64,000 bases of DNA from Nanobdellati archaeon (GCA_019429005.1 JAHYJR010000001.1:40663-104662); one strand, 5' to 3'. Positions 20,522 through 30,693 are shown, counted from the stretch's first letter. The notes: a model not told the origin generated them from the letters alone. Made by a program: numbers and translations.

Positions 20522-20595
20522 ACACACACCAAATGGATAATTATTATAATAATACTATTATACACAGACATTAATAAAAATAACATAAGAGCTTA

Positions 20596-23500
20596 TCAAT
20601 AATCATATATCGTAAATGTCTGACCTTCGTATATTGCACTATTTCCAGAAAAATCTGTAGCATTTACAGAAATATAAACAATTCCTGGAACTGTTGTTAG
20701 TATTGGCACACCTGCAGTAACCAATGAACAGTTAAAACCATAATACTGTGATAACACAACACCAGAACTATCTTTTAATGCAACACAATTAACAACATCA
20801 GATTCAATCTCCTTTTGAATTACCTTTGCAGTCATACTTGAAAGATTTTCGGATGGAATAACAAACAACGATATTTTAGACATATCTGTACTTGTATAAA
20901 CTCTTGATGGGGACACAGATATAGATTTTATTGTTGGAGGTACTTTATCTGAAGGTGTAACTTTCCTCATTGCCACAGGACCAACATTTCCAGCTAAATC
21001 TACAGACATAACAGATACTTCATATTCTATACCATTTTTAAGATCCGTTAAATAATGTATTGTATTTCGTACATGATCCATATAGATAACACCATCTAAC
21101 GAAATTGTATAATAATTAATATCAGAATCATCTTCATTAGGTGTCCAATATAAATATACCTCACCACCTTTCTCAGTATTTTCAACATTTAAATTTTCAA
21201 CAACGTGTGGTGGTTTCATATCATATAAAATTGATACAGTATCTTTATGCTCAACACTCTCATTATCAAAACCAGATAATGTTATAGATATAGGACCTTC
21301 GATTTGTTCGGGCGCTTTATCAAATAATATCGCTAAATCAACAAGTTTCATTTTATTAGACTCAGCATCAACATCTGTAAGGATGATTTCCTCTTCAATT
21401 GCACCCGCAGCAGGTTTAATCAAAAGCCAATAATTACCATTAGTCAAATTTACCTTGAAAGAAGACGAATAATTGATTTCTATAACAGCCCCTGTAAGAT
21501 TATTAACAGAACTATTTTTTACTGAAGTAATTACTAAAGAATTACCCACACAAACACCCATACTACATTTATTTGAGATACATTGACAATCAGTTGTACA
21601 AGTATCATCTACAACCTTTTCAAACGTACAAGACTCATACATACAAATCTCTTTAGTTGACGCTTTTGGAGAAATGCATGTCAATTTTTCACCACCAAGA
21701 TAATTCCCACAAACCCCTACATCATCACATTTACCACATTGATTATCTTCAGTACAAGGCTCATTAAGTGACTTATAACAAGCATCATCAGGTTCAGAAT
21801 CAATCTTGACTCGCACAGCCCATTCACCTGCAAAACCAGCATCTAACAATGGCACAACATCACGCACCCAATCAACAATTGAAACATCTTCAGCATAATA
21901 TTCTACAGTTACAGTATAATCCATATCTTCATATAAAATATACGGCTCGCTACCAGATGTAAAATCGTCAGTATATTTATAAGTGTCATCAGAATCGCCA
22001 CCATCAAACCACTGTAAATGTCCTTCATCTACAAGACACGAACTGCTCCAAAAAGATTTACTATCTGAAGATATTTTAAACAAATCATCGTTCCCTACAA
22101 TACTTTTTGAATTGACATCAGACGCATTACAGCCATCAAGATCAATCTTAAAACTAGTACAAGGTAAATTTGTAGTTTTTGTATCAAATATACCAGTACC
22201 TTCTGGATTATCACCACCATATTCAGACTGACAAAGACATATTGCTTTTGAAACAGAATTTCGTATCGTCTCAATATCACCAATTACTTCAGTACCAACA
22301 TCTAACTCCCCTGATGCCAGACTTGAACATTTGGGTACACTATCTGTCTTAGTCGTCGTAAAGGATACGCTTTTTTTAGTATCATATTTATAAAACACGT
22401 TTGACCGCATAAATACAGTTTTCTGTGTTGTAACAGGAGCCTTAAGTGTATCATAAAAAAATGTGCAACCATACATCTTAAGCTGATTTGGGGCTAATAT
22501 TCGTTTCTCACTTTCAAAAGTGTATTCCGGTGTACCTATTAATTTTTTTACCGCGGCATCATAATCAATCTTATACACATACCAACCAGCTTCATCCTTT
22601 TCTGGTTGAGGTAACTGACAATCATCAGTCTCATAATAATTTGCACAACGAGAATCATCAGGTGAATAAAGTGTTTTTGTAACAGCATCATAACATCCCG
22701 CAGGAACAAGAACCTCTGGTAAATATATCTTCAATATCGCAAGTTCAGCTTCACCATCTTTCTGATTATAAATACCAAACGAAACTCTAAAACTATCTCT
22801 CGGTTCATATCTCGAAATAACTGGTATTGGCTGTTTTTTACTTGTCCATGTTGAAAGTGTAAACGGTCCTGCTGAGGTTAAAGACCGACCATCAAACCAT
22901 TTCATTTTACCTTGTTTTACTTGCTCATCATAAAGAGTTCCATCCATCACAGTAATATCATTTGTTCCACTCGTATCATAATGATAAATAACGTGTGCAT
23001 CAATATCAAATGCTTTTGAAGAACATTTTGGTGCAGTCACTAATAATGAATATAATCTAGGTTCTCCAGGTAACAAAGATCCAACGGATTCTTCGGCAGA
23101 AGCACTACTTGAACCACCAAGACCACCACCCCGACCTATACTACCCCCTAAAGTCACAAAATCCTCGCTACCTTTAGCATAGACCATAACTTCATTTGCA
23201 ATTGAAACACCATCATTTTTTACTTCAAACTGTATATCTACAAGACCTCCCGGATATACTGCAGAAGGGTATGCCGAAATACCTTTAAACTCAAGCGCAC
23301 TTGATGACCCTACCTGAATTACAGAATCTTTTTGTTGTTTTTCTAATTCTGCCTGTTCCGGATCTGAAAACCATAACAAAGAACTTGTAAAAGAATCAAT
23401 AAATGAATCAATCGCACTACCCCCTACTTGTTTAGCATCATGAGTTGCAAGTGTTGATTTATCTGAATCCATATTTGAACTCCAAAAATAACTTAATATA

Positions 23501-24948
23501 GGTAACAAGAAAATAACAATAAGTGCAACAATGCCAAGAATAAAAGACCATTTTAAAATAGATTTAATAATTTCCCATGAACTCTTCTTTGGAGACATAA
23601 CAGATCTTAATTTGTTTGTATAATCTGAATTTGAAACTTTTGCTTTCGCCGCACCTAAAGCACCACCCACAAAAAATGCAGAGTTTTGGGTATTTGATTC
23701 TGAAGAGTCATCTAAATCTGAAATTTCTTCGGAACCTATAGTTTCATCTGTTTCGGGAATACGGTTATCTTCAGGATATAACAATCCGGCCCCCGTATCA
23801 CCTGAAGAATTCAGTTTTTCTTTTTCTAATTTTTCGGCAGCATCCTTTTCAGCAGCATCCTTTTCAGCAGCATCCTTTTCAGCAGCATCCTTTTCAGCAG
23901 CATCCTTTTCACGTTCATTTTCAACCAATTCTTCAGCTTCTTTTTCACGCTCTTTTAATTGTTCTTCTGTAAGTTCAATTTTATCTTTTTCAGTTTCAAC
24001 CAATTCTTCAGCATCTTTTTCTACATGATCTTCATTTTCTTTTAAATCTTCATCATCATCATCTTCGCCTTCTGATTTACCAACTTCCTTCTCAGGTTCT
24101 TTTGGTTCTTCAGGTGTTTCTTCTTCATCTTCTTCTGCTTTCTGTTCTTCAACGGGTTCATCGCTTTCTGGAGCACCTGAAATCTTCTCATCTAACATTG
24201 AAACTTTCTCAAGTTCGGTTTCTTCAGCTTTAATTTCGGATTCATTCTCATGTATATCTTGAAAAGAACTTTCAACATCTTGTTCTGTGCTATCAACATT
24301 TTGACTAAGACCTGCTACAACAGAAGGATCAACATCAGAACCTGCATCTACAACTGCAGAATCAACATCTTCAGTTTTAGACACCTCTTGAGCATTTGCT
24401 TCTCCAGATTCAGCCGTTACTAGAGGATTACTCGAACGAGAATATGCTTGCGAAAACACTTCTGAACTACCTTGTGCAATGAAATTAATTGGATTCTCGG
24501 AACTACCCAACACCGGTCCTGTTGGCTCTTCAACAGCCTTCGGAATAGTTTCTTTTAAATTCTGAATATCCTCTTCAAACATTTTCAGATTATCAGCTTG
24601 ATTCGCTATAACCTCACGAGAGACCGTTTGTTCATTTAAAATATTTTCAAATAAATCATTATTTTCTACTTGAACGTTTTGTATTTCATTAACATTATCA
24701 TCAATAACGCCTACTTTTTCCTCCAATTTTGAGTGCGTTTCGTCAATATTTGGACTCTTTATATTATTATTAATATTCACATGTATCTCAGGTGAACCTC
24801 CAAAATCATTTTCAGCAGGCACTTCAGACGGCAAAAGACTTTCTTTTTTACGAGAAAAACGACCTAAAATACGTGATATTGCATTTTTTAAACGGACTTT
24901 ATTTGAGGGTTCAGAAACAACAGATTCTTCAGAATTTTCATCACCCAT
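20596..24948 (-). CDS. 1450-aa type II membrane protein: acidic disordered N-terminus, one TM helix, extracellular Ig-like/Cys-rich/FN3 domains
   Basis: E/D-rich first ~450 aa; TM WSFILGIVALIVIFLLPIL; CARDB-like VKNDG; Cys-rich block; FN3-like LYW...Y...LKNGIEYEVSVMSVDLAGN. Confidence 0.85.
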   Translation of the reverse strand: MGDENSEESVVSEPSNKVRLKNAISRILGRFSRKKESLLPSEVPAENDFGGSPEIHVNINNNIKSPNIDETHSKLEEKVGVIDDNVNEIQNVQVENNDLFENILNEQTVSREVIANQADNLKMFEEDIQNLKETIPKAVEEPTGPVLGSSENPINFIAQGSSEVFSQAYSRSSNPLVTAESGEANAQEVSKTEDVDSAVVDAGSDVDPSVVAGLSQNVDSTEQDVESSFQDIHENESEIKAEETELEKVSMLDEKISGAPESDEPVEEQKAEEDEEETPEEPKEPEKEVGKSEGEDDDDEDLKENEDHVEKDAEELVETEKDKIELTEEQLKEREKEAEELVENEREKDAAEKDAAEKDAAEKDAAEKDAAEKLEKEKLNSSGDTGAGLLYPEDNRIPETDETIGSEEISDLDDSSESNTQNSAFFVGGALGAAKAKVSNSDYTNKLRSVMSPKKSSWEIIKSILKWSFILGIVALIVIFLLPILSYFWSSNMDSDKSTLATHDAKQVGGSAIDSFIDSFTSSLLWFSDPEQAELEKQQKDSVIQVGSSSALEFKGISAYPSAVYPGGLVDIQFEVKNDGVSIANEVMVYAKGSEDFVTLGGSIGRGGGLGGSSSASAEESVGSLLPGEPRLYSLLVTAPKCSSKAFDIDAHVIYHYDTSGTNDITVMDGTLYDEQVKQGKMKWFDGRSLTSAGPFTLSTWTSKKQPIPVISRYEPRDSFRVSFGIYNQKDGEAELAILKIYLPEVLVPAGCYDAVTKTLYSPDDSRCANYYETDDCQLPQPEKDEAGWYVYKIDYDAAVKKLIGTPEYTFESEKRILAPNQLKMYGCTFFYDTLKAPVTTQKTVFMRSNVFYKYDTKKSVSFTTTKTDSVPKCSSLASGELDVGTEVIGDIETIRNSVSKAICLCQSEYGGDNPEGTGIFDTKTTNLPCTSFKIDLDGCNASDVNSKSIVGNDDLFKISSDSKSFWSSSCLVDEGHLQWFDGGDSDDTYKYTDDFTSGSEPYILYEDMDYTVTVEYYAEDVSIVDWVRDVVPLLDAGFAGEWAVRVKIDSEPDDACYKSLNEPCTEDNQCGKCDDVGVCGNYLGGEKLTCISPKASTKEICMYESCTFEKVVDDTCTTDCQCISNKCSMGVCVGNSLVITSVKNSSVNNLTGAVIEINYSSSFKVNLTNGNYWLLIKPAAGAIEEEIILTDVDAESNKMKLVDLAILFDKAPEQIEGPISITLSGFDNESVEHKDTVSILYDMKPPHVVENLNVENTEKGGEVYLYWTPNEDDSDINYYTISLDGVIYMDHVRNTIHYLTDLKNGIEYEVSVMSVDLAGNVGPVAMRKVTPSDKVPPTIKSISVSPSRVYTSTDMSKISLFVIPSENLSSMTAKVIQKEIESDVVNCVALKDSSGVVLSQYYGFNCSLVTAGVPILTTVPGIVYISVNATDFSGNSAIYEGQTFTIYDY
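23836..23910. repeat. Intragenic tandem repeat, 5 x 15 bp, encoding (EKDAA)5
   Basis: AGCAGCATCCTTTTC repeated on the + strand, one mismatch in the first unit. Confidence 0.96.
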
Positions 24949-24996
24949 AACAACACCATCTTTAAATTACAATTATCAAACAAAATATAAAAAAAC

Positions 24997-25305
24997 CTAA
25001 AGCAATAACCCTACACACAAATAAAACACAATATAAGACAAAGTATTAAGATGTGCAATCCTCATTATAAAACTAACAATACCGCTAACAATATTGACAA
25101 ACCCCCTAAAGAATATACCTACAAAACTTATAGTTTCAATAAAACTCAAAAGCGGAAAATTTACAATTGCATGAACCACATCAAGAACAGGTTTAATCCC
25201 ACTTATTACAAACAATATCCAAAACAAATCACCTTCAATTGGAAGAACACCAACACTACCAACAACAAAAGCTAAAATATATAATAAAAAACGTTTATGA
25301 CTCAT
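24997..25305 (-). CDS. Small hydrophobic membrane protein
   Basis: 102 aa, mostly hydrophobic, GGTG SD, co-oriented within the cluster. Confidence 0.65.
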   Translation of the reverse strand: MSHKRFLLYILAFVVGSVGVLPIEGDLFWILFVISGIKPVLDVVHAIVNFPLLSFIETISFVGIFFRGFVNIVSGIVSFIMRIAHLNTLSYIVFYLCVGLLL

Positions 25306-25316
25306 AAAAACACCAA

Positions 25317-26486
25317 TTAAATAACTTCATCCAAAATAGATATCTCAAGATTATCTATCTTATATGTTCCAAGGGTCTGGAAACGTAAAAGATTATCACC
25401 ATCTTCCAATATATCTGTATGTAAATAAAACTTATTTGTTCCTTCATAAACAGTTTCATCTATAAATTTATCATTCATATAGATCTTTAATCCTGCAATT
25501 GATACTACAGGTATATCAAAAGATAATACCGCCGTACCATTATCAATACGGTCATACTGATTCTCTGTTAATTTGAATTTAACTTCATGTATTGATGGAC
25601 TTATCGCACCATAATAAGAAATCTTTAATTGTGCATCTGATATTGTATATTCGCTATCTTGACCTGATGTAAACAAGATATGATTCTCACCAGGTAAAAG
25701 CAAAGTTTCAAATTTACCAAAATTAGCTTTATATACTTTTGCACGTGGCATAGGATCACCTGTATAGACAAGATAACCATTTACATATGCAGTCAAATTA
25801 TCATTTCGTCGAGCATTCAATACTTGAAATGAAAACTCAACATTGTCGAGCGAATTAAATTCATATGCCTCAACATTAAACGGAATTACTTTTTGAGTAT
25901 AAGAATAAGAATTTATAGAAAGATAAAAATCCTTCAAAATATATGCAGTCGGTGCCCAAAATTTCATAGAACTACCTTCTGCTTCAATAGATAAAGTATT
26001 CATCTCTAAAAGATTATCAAAATAAAATGAATAACGCGTTAAATTTGGTTTCATATCAAAAATAATTTCATCATTAAATGAAATTACAAGATTTCCATAT
26101 AAATTTGTATCAAAAACATCAAATTCAAAAATAGCTTCTGTTGCACCTTGTCGTTCAAAAGACACTGAAAATGCATTATCCTCAAAAATGCCGTGTTCAA
26201 TAATAATTTCATCTTGAGCTTTTATCAGGTGATTACTTTGAGTAAATCCAACAGACAACTCACCTAAATCAATAGTCCGATATGTCTGACCTTGTTTAGC
26301 ATCAATAAATATCGTATTAGCATAAGACATCACATCTGAACCCGGATTATAAGGTACATAATCATTATATCCACCATCATAATCTAAACATGGTGGAGAA
26401 TCACATAACTGTTCTTGACCTATAAGTAAAAATGCTACAAGAAATATTGTGATACCTGCAGCAAATACATAAACAAAATTATCCAT
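25317..26486 (-). CDS. Membrane-anchored beta-rich surface protein
   Basis: N-terminal TM; three repeated beta modules ending in N-x-(L/I) (LEMNTL, PGENHI, DGDNLL). Confidence 0.75.
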   Translation of the reverse strand: MDNFVYVFAAGITIFLVAFLLIGQEQLCDSPPCLDYDGGYNDYVPYNPGSDVMSYANTIFIDAKQGQTYRTIDLGELSVGFTQSNHLIKAQDEIIIEHGIFEDNAFSVSFERQGATEAIFEFDVFDTNLYGNLVISFNDEIIFDMKPNLTRYSFYFDNLLEMNTLSIEAEGSSMKFWAPTAYILKDFYLSINSYSYTQKVIPFNVEAYEFNSLDNVEFSFQVLNARRNDNLTAYVNGYLVYTGDPMPRAKVYKANFGKFETLLLPGENHILFTSGQDSEYTISDAQLKISYYGAISPSIHEVKFKLTENQYDRIDNGTAVLSFDIPVVSIAGLKIYMNDKFIDETVYEGTNKFYLHTDILEDGDNLLRFQTLGTYKIDNLEISILDEVI

Positions 26487-26584
26487 AATAGCTCACATTA
26501 TACTAAGATTTACAAATACTAATTATAATTATATCTTAGTGTTTATTATATTTAATTGTTTAAATTGTTAAATAAGTGAATTTT

Positions 26585-27598
26585 ATGAAAATAATCCATA
26601 AAGATCTCAAAAAAGAGACAAAAATCAAAATAGAAACTATTGATGATTTATGGGATCTTAAAAATATAATTACAAAAAATGACATAATTGGCTGTAAAAC
26701 AATAAGAACCTTACAAAATTTAGATAAAAAAGAAAAACGTACAGTATATCTAAATATTGAAGTTGAAAGCGTTGACTTTGATGAAAATACAGAATCTTTA
26801 AGAATCGGTGGAAATATAATTAATGGTCCTGATGATATATCTCATGGACACCACACAGCAAGACTTGTACCAAATGATATAATTGCAATTGAAAAAAAAT
26901 GGAAACAATATGAAATTGATCGCCTTACAAAAGCATCAAAAACCAAAAATTTCAATGTACTAATAACTGTATTAGATGAACATGATGTTGATTTTGCTAT
27001 TGCAAGCCAAAATACAATAAAATATCTTGGAAATATTCAAGGACCAAGCTCAGGTAAATTATATTCTGAAGGAAATAAAAAAGAATATTACACTAAAATC
27101 GTAGACCACATTGAAACCCAAGCAGACACAGTTGATAAAATAATCATTGCAGGTCCTGGTTTTACAAAAGAAAATATTCTAGAGCTTACAAAAAACAAAC
27201 CAAAATTAAACGGAAAGTGTATAGGTGGTACTTCAAGTGTCACTGGAAAACGAGGTATATATGAAGTTATACATCGAGGCGAACTAGATAAAATAATAAT
27301 TGAATCTAAAATCTATTCGGACATACAACTTATAAATAAAATACTTGAAGAAATTAAAAAAAATTCGGGTCGTATAACGTACGGTCAAAAACATATAGAA
27401 TTAAGTGCCGAATCGGGTGCAATTGAGCACTTACTTGTCTCAGACAAGATAATTAGAGATGAAGAAACCGAAAAAATAATTAATATTGTTGAAAAATATA
27501 AAGGAAAAATAAGTATAATAGATTCAAAACAAGAATCTGGAAAAATTCTTAAAGGTCTTGGTAATATTGCAGCATTACTCCGATTTAAAATGGAATAA
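26585..27598 (+). CDS. pelA: mRNA surveillance protein Pelota (aDom34)
   Basis: ETIDDLWDL, LRIGG...GHHT, IIIAGPGFTKE, YG...GAIEHLLVSD, LGNIAALLRF. Confidence 0.95.
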   Translation: MKIIHKDLKKETKIKIETIDDLWDLKNIITKNDIIGCKTIRTLQNLDKKEKRTVYLNIEVESVDFDENTESLRIGGNIINGPDDISHGHHTARLVPNDIIAIEKKWKQYEIDRLTKASKTKNFNVLITVLDEHDVDFAIASQNTIKYLGNIQGPSSGKLYSEGNKKEYYTKIVDHIETQADTVDKIIIAGPGFTKENILELTKNKPKLNGKCIGGTSSVTGKRGIYEVIHRGELDKIIIESKIYSDIQLINKILEEIKKNSGRITYGQKHIELSAESGAIEHLLVSDKIIRDEETEKIINIVEKYKGKISIIDSKQESGKILKGLGNIAALLRFKME

Positions 27599-27644
27599 TT
27601 AAACAAAAAAGAACATATGACCTATTTTTAATAAAAAAACAGAT

Positions 27645-27875
27645 TTACTTATCTAATTTCTTAGAAATCTCAGACATTCTATCTGTTAAACTATCTAATT
27701 TTTCAAAATTATCAAGATGTGTCTCAACAATGTCAAGCTTGCCTGATAATGTTTCAAGACGACCTATTATATCATTAATCCGCGTTTCAAGTGTATTTAA
27801 TTTTGCAATTTCAATCTCGTTTATTTCACCAAGTATCTTTCCTAGATTTTGTATAAGTCTTTCTTGTTTTGTCAT
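27645..27875 (-). CDS. Small coiled-coil hypothetical protein
   Basis: 76 aa with a regular L/I heptad; AGGGA SD; directly downstream of the tRNA. Confidence 0.7.
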   Translation of the reverse strand: MTKQERLIQNLGKILGEINEIEIAKLNTLETRINDIIGRLETLSGKLDIVETHLDNFEKLDSLTDRMSEISKKLDK

Positions 27876-27919
27876 AAGTATCCCTATTAATAATTATACA
27901 TAATAGATTATATAAAAAT

Positions 27920-28081
27920 TGGCGCGAGGGACGAGATTTGAACTCGTGCGGGCTAAAAGCCCAGTAGCTTACAGCCATCAAATGCTTATTTAAAGCATAT
28001 TCAGTTAGCAGGCTACCGCCATATCCTACGAATAGACCTTAATTCTAAACTCAAATTCGAACCAGGCTAGGCGACCCTCGC
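27920..28081 (-). tRNA. tRNA-Ser(GCT) with two introns (20/21: 28023-28060; 37/38: 27970-28005) and encoded CCA
   Basis: Acceptor GCGAGGG/CCCUCGC, G73, CCA; anticodon stem GUAGC/GCUAC with GCU; long variable arm GGGCU-UUU-AGCCC; T-arm ACGAG-UUCAAAU-CUCGU; removing 38 and 36 nt gives an 88-nt type II tRNA. Confidence 0.93.
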
Positions 28082-28230
28082 ATTTATTGAAAACATATAC
28101 AAAATACAAAAGTATTAAACTATTTATAATTCAAAACTTTAAATATTAAACAGTAAAAAGACTATTTTAAACAAAAGTTAATAAATATTAACAATGTATT
28201 ATAGTTTATTATAATATTTGGTGGTTTTAT

Positions 28231-28512
28231 ATGATTATAAATGAAATGGATATAAGTAAAATTATTGGAAAAGAAGTATTTACAGATAAAGGTGCATATT
28301 GTGGCCAAACATCTGACATTGAACTAGATCTTGCACGATTTAGAGTGAAATCAATAAGAGTTGATGCTGCAAAAGGAACATACCTTGCCGCAATTGTCGG
28401 TGGGAAAAAAGGTGTTAAAGTGCCATACCCCATGGTTCAAGCAATAAGTGATATTATTATAATAAAACATATTAAGCCTCAAGTTGACGAAGAAATGCCA
28501 CAAGATGCATAA
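28231..28512 (+). CDS. PRC-barrel domain protein
   Basis: IIGKEVFTDKGAYCG..SDI.LD, VPYPMVQAISDIIII. Confidence 0.9.
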   Translation: MIINEMDISKIIGKEVFTDKGAYCGQTSDIELDLARFRVKSIRVDAAKGTYLAAIVGGKKGVKVPYPMVQAISDIIIIKHIKPQVDEEMPQDA

Positions 28513-28578
28513 ATTACTACATAAACATAAAATAACCAAGTAATTTTTATTTTTTCTTTTAAAAACAATATTAAAAAT

Positions 28579-29166
28579 CTAGAACCGTGCAGGTTCTAAA
28601 TATTTAATTATATTAAAAATAGCATATAGACCAACAAAAAGCACAACGGGACTTATAGGTGAAATAGTATAAAAAAGTTCATTTGAAAAAACAAAAATTA
28701 GACTTAAAAAAGCTAAATAATATGTAATTAATACAGATGATATTGTCAATAAAATAGTTCCAGACAAAACATGGAAAAAACTAACAAATGTTATAATTAC
28801 ACCAATAAATAAAACACTTAAAGCAATCAAATGTGACATTTCAAGAAGATTACCAAAACTTGAAAAACCTAAATATTTAATTTCGTTTATGCCTGCCCAT
28901 ATAAGAAGAAGCCCATGTGTTGTTGAAGTATCACCCCCCATCCTCTCATTCTTGTACATACCAAAATAAAATTCAACAAAAATAACACTTGTAAACATAG
29001 GTAATATTACCCATAATATATCAGAACGCATCGCTACTGAAAACATCAAAGAAATATCAGTATAGATTTTTAATATAACTGGTATTAAAACTAACATAAA
29101 TGAAGATATAATTGAATATATCTCTGAAGAATAAATAAACTCTAATAATATTGACATATCAATCAA
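28579..29166 (-). CDS. Hypothetical multi-pass membrane protein
   Basis: 5-6 hydrophobic segments; LWVILP..EFYFG.YK.E motif. Confidence 0.75.
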   Translation of the reverse strand: MIDMSILLEFIYSSEIYSIISSFMLVLIPVILKIYTDISLMFSVAMRSDILWVILPMFTSVIFVEFYFGMYKNERMGGDTSTTHGLLLIWAGINEIKYLGFSSFGNLLEMSHLIALSVLFIGVIITFVSFFHVLSGTILLTISSVLITYYLAFLSLIFVFSNELFYTISPISPVVLFVGLYAIFNIIKYLEPARF

Positions 29167-29251
29167 ATTAACACCCGTTAATTAAACATAATATATATAT
29201 ATTAAAACTATATAATATATAAATACACAAGAACAAATAAAAGGGATTCAT

Positions 29252-29590
29252 ATGACAACGAAAAAAGAGTTTATTAAAAAAAGATCTACATTTGATAAAA
29301 ATCATATGATTTTATTTACAATAATTATACTCTTAGGACTTCTAGTATTAACACACCAAAATTACATTAACACACCGAAAATAAAAAGTGATATTTCAGC
29401 ATGTAAAACATTCTGTACTACACACCCACAAATAACTGGTGCTATTTATGGCGGTATTGATAACAACGGACATTGTCTTTGTAAAATATCGCAAACAATT
29501 AATAATATACAAGAAAACAAAAATATGGATGTAACTATTTTTGTAGATGTCGGTATTGTTGAAAAAGCAATATTAACAGACTCACCTTAA
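29252..29590 (+). CDS. Small membrane-anchored Cys-containing hypothetical protein
   Basis: N-terminal TM, then CKTFC...HCLC. Confidence 0.7.
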   Translation: MTTKKEFIKKRSTFDKNHMILFTIIILLGLLVLTHQNYINTPKIKSDISACKTFCTTHPQITGAIYGGIDNNGHCLCKISQTINNIQENKNMDVTIFVDVGIVEKAILTDSP

Positions 29591-30292
29591 ACGCATCTTT
29601 GTATTAACACTTTTAGATGCAACTAATACCATCTCAACTAGAACTGATTCATCATAAGGTTTAAGTTTTTTCAAACCAGACTCTAGTGTTTCTTTTGGAT
29701 TAAATTGTTGAAGAACATATAATTTTGCAGAAGTTATATATTTGGAGATTAATTCAATATCTTCAAGTGTAACATACCCAGGAACAACAGTTGTTCTGAA
29801 TTCATGATCAACACCAGATTTAATTATTAAATCAATCGTTTTTTTAATTATTTCAACAGAAATAGGAACATTAATTATATTTTGATATTTATCATCAACA
29901 AGTGCGGTTTTTATATCCATCGCAATATAATCAACAAGACCATCATCAATAAATTTATTAATTACATCAGGATGTGTGCCATTTGTGTCTAATTTTATAA
30001 AAAAACCTAAATTCTTAATTTGTTTCAAAAAAAGATATAAGGCCTCATTATGTATTGTCGGTTCGCCACCTGTAATAGTAACGCCATCAATCCACTCTTT
30101 ATTTTCCTTTAAAAAATCTAAAATCGCTTGCTTATCTACAAGCTCAAACTTTTTATCATTTAATACAAGTTCATGATTATGACAAAAATTACATCTAAAA
30201 TTACATTTGGGTAAAAAAACAACAGAGGTCACTTTACCTTCCCAATCAATAAAAGATGTTCCAATAAAACCCGCAATACGTAATTTGCTAAT
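29582..30292 (-). CDS. nrdG: Anaerobic ribonucleotide reductase activating enzyme (radical SAM)
   Basis: CNFRCNFCHN, GVTITGGEPT, KLDTNG, DYIAMDIK, EFRTTVVP; the conserved N-terminus RIAGFIGTSFIDWEGK extends upstream of the track start, to an ATT at 30292. Confidence 0.92.
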   Translation of the reverse strand: MSKLRIAGFIGTSFIDWEGKVTSVVFLPKCNFRCNFCHNHELVLNDKKFELVDKQAILDFLKENKEWIDGVTITGGEPTIHNEALYLFLKQIKNLGFFIKLDTNGTHPDVINKFIDDGLVDYIAMDIKTALVDDKYQNIINVPISVEIIKKTIDLIIKSGVDHEFRTTVVPGYVTLEDIELISKYITSAKLYVLQQFNPKETLESGLKKLKPYDESVLVEMVLVASKSVNTKMRLR

Positions 30293-30548
30293 TTTGTATT
30301 ACCTCTGACAATTGAGTTTTATCTGGTATCTGTGAACGCCAGGATATAATTTCAGAATCATCATCATCAACAACAATTGTTGTGGGTGTCCCCATAACAC
30401 CATAAAAAGTTGCTTCAGCCATACCATCAACATTGTTTATGTTATATTCTTTAACAGAAACTTCACTACCTGACATAACCAATCTAACTAAATCTTTTGC
30501 CGCTGGACAATTTGGACATTTGTCCTGCCAAAATATTTTTACTTCCAT
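30288..30548 (-). CDS. Thioredoxin/glutaredoxin-like redoxin (NrdH-like)
   Basis: CPNC motif, GVMGTPT cis-Pro loop; lies between nrdD and nrdG. Confidence 0.9.
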   Translation of the reverse strand: MEVKIFWQDKCPNCPAAKDLVRLVMSGSEVSVKEYNINNVDGMAEATFYGVMGTPTTIVVDDDDSEIISWRSQIPDKTQLSEVIQN

Positions 30549-30693
30549 ACCATAACCACCAAATCATAAAATAAAATATAAGAAAACCTAAAAATATTTA
30601 GATTCATTATATATTAACATTTGCTATCCTATAATGTATACATCCCATTACACATACTAAAATATACATGTAAAAGATACAAAGATATAACAC

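Noticed and set aside
27600-29600. Integrated element at the tRNA-Ser 3' end
   Set aside because: No integrase and no duplicated tRNA 3' end seen; flanks are pelota and a PRC-barrel gene
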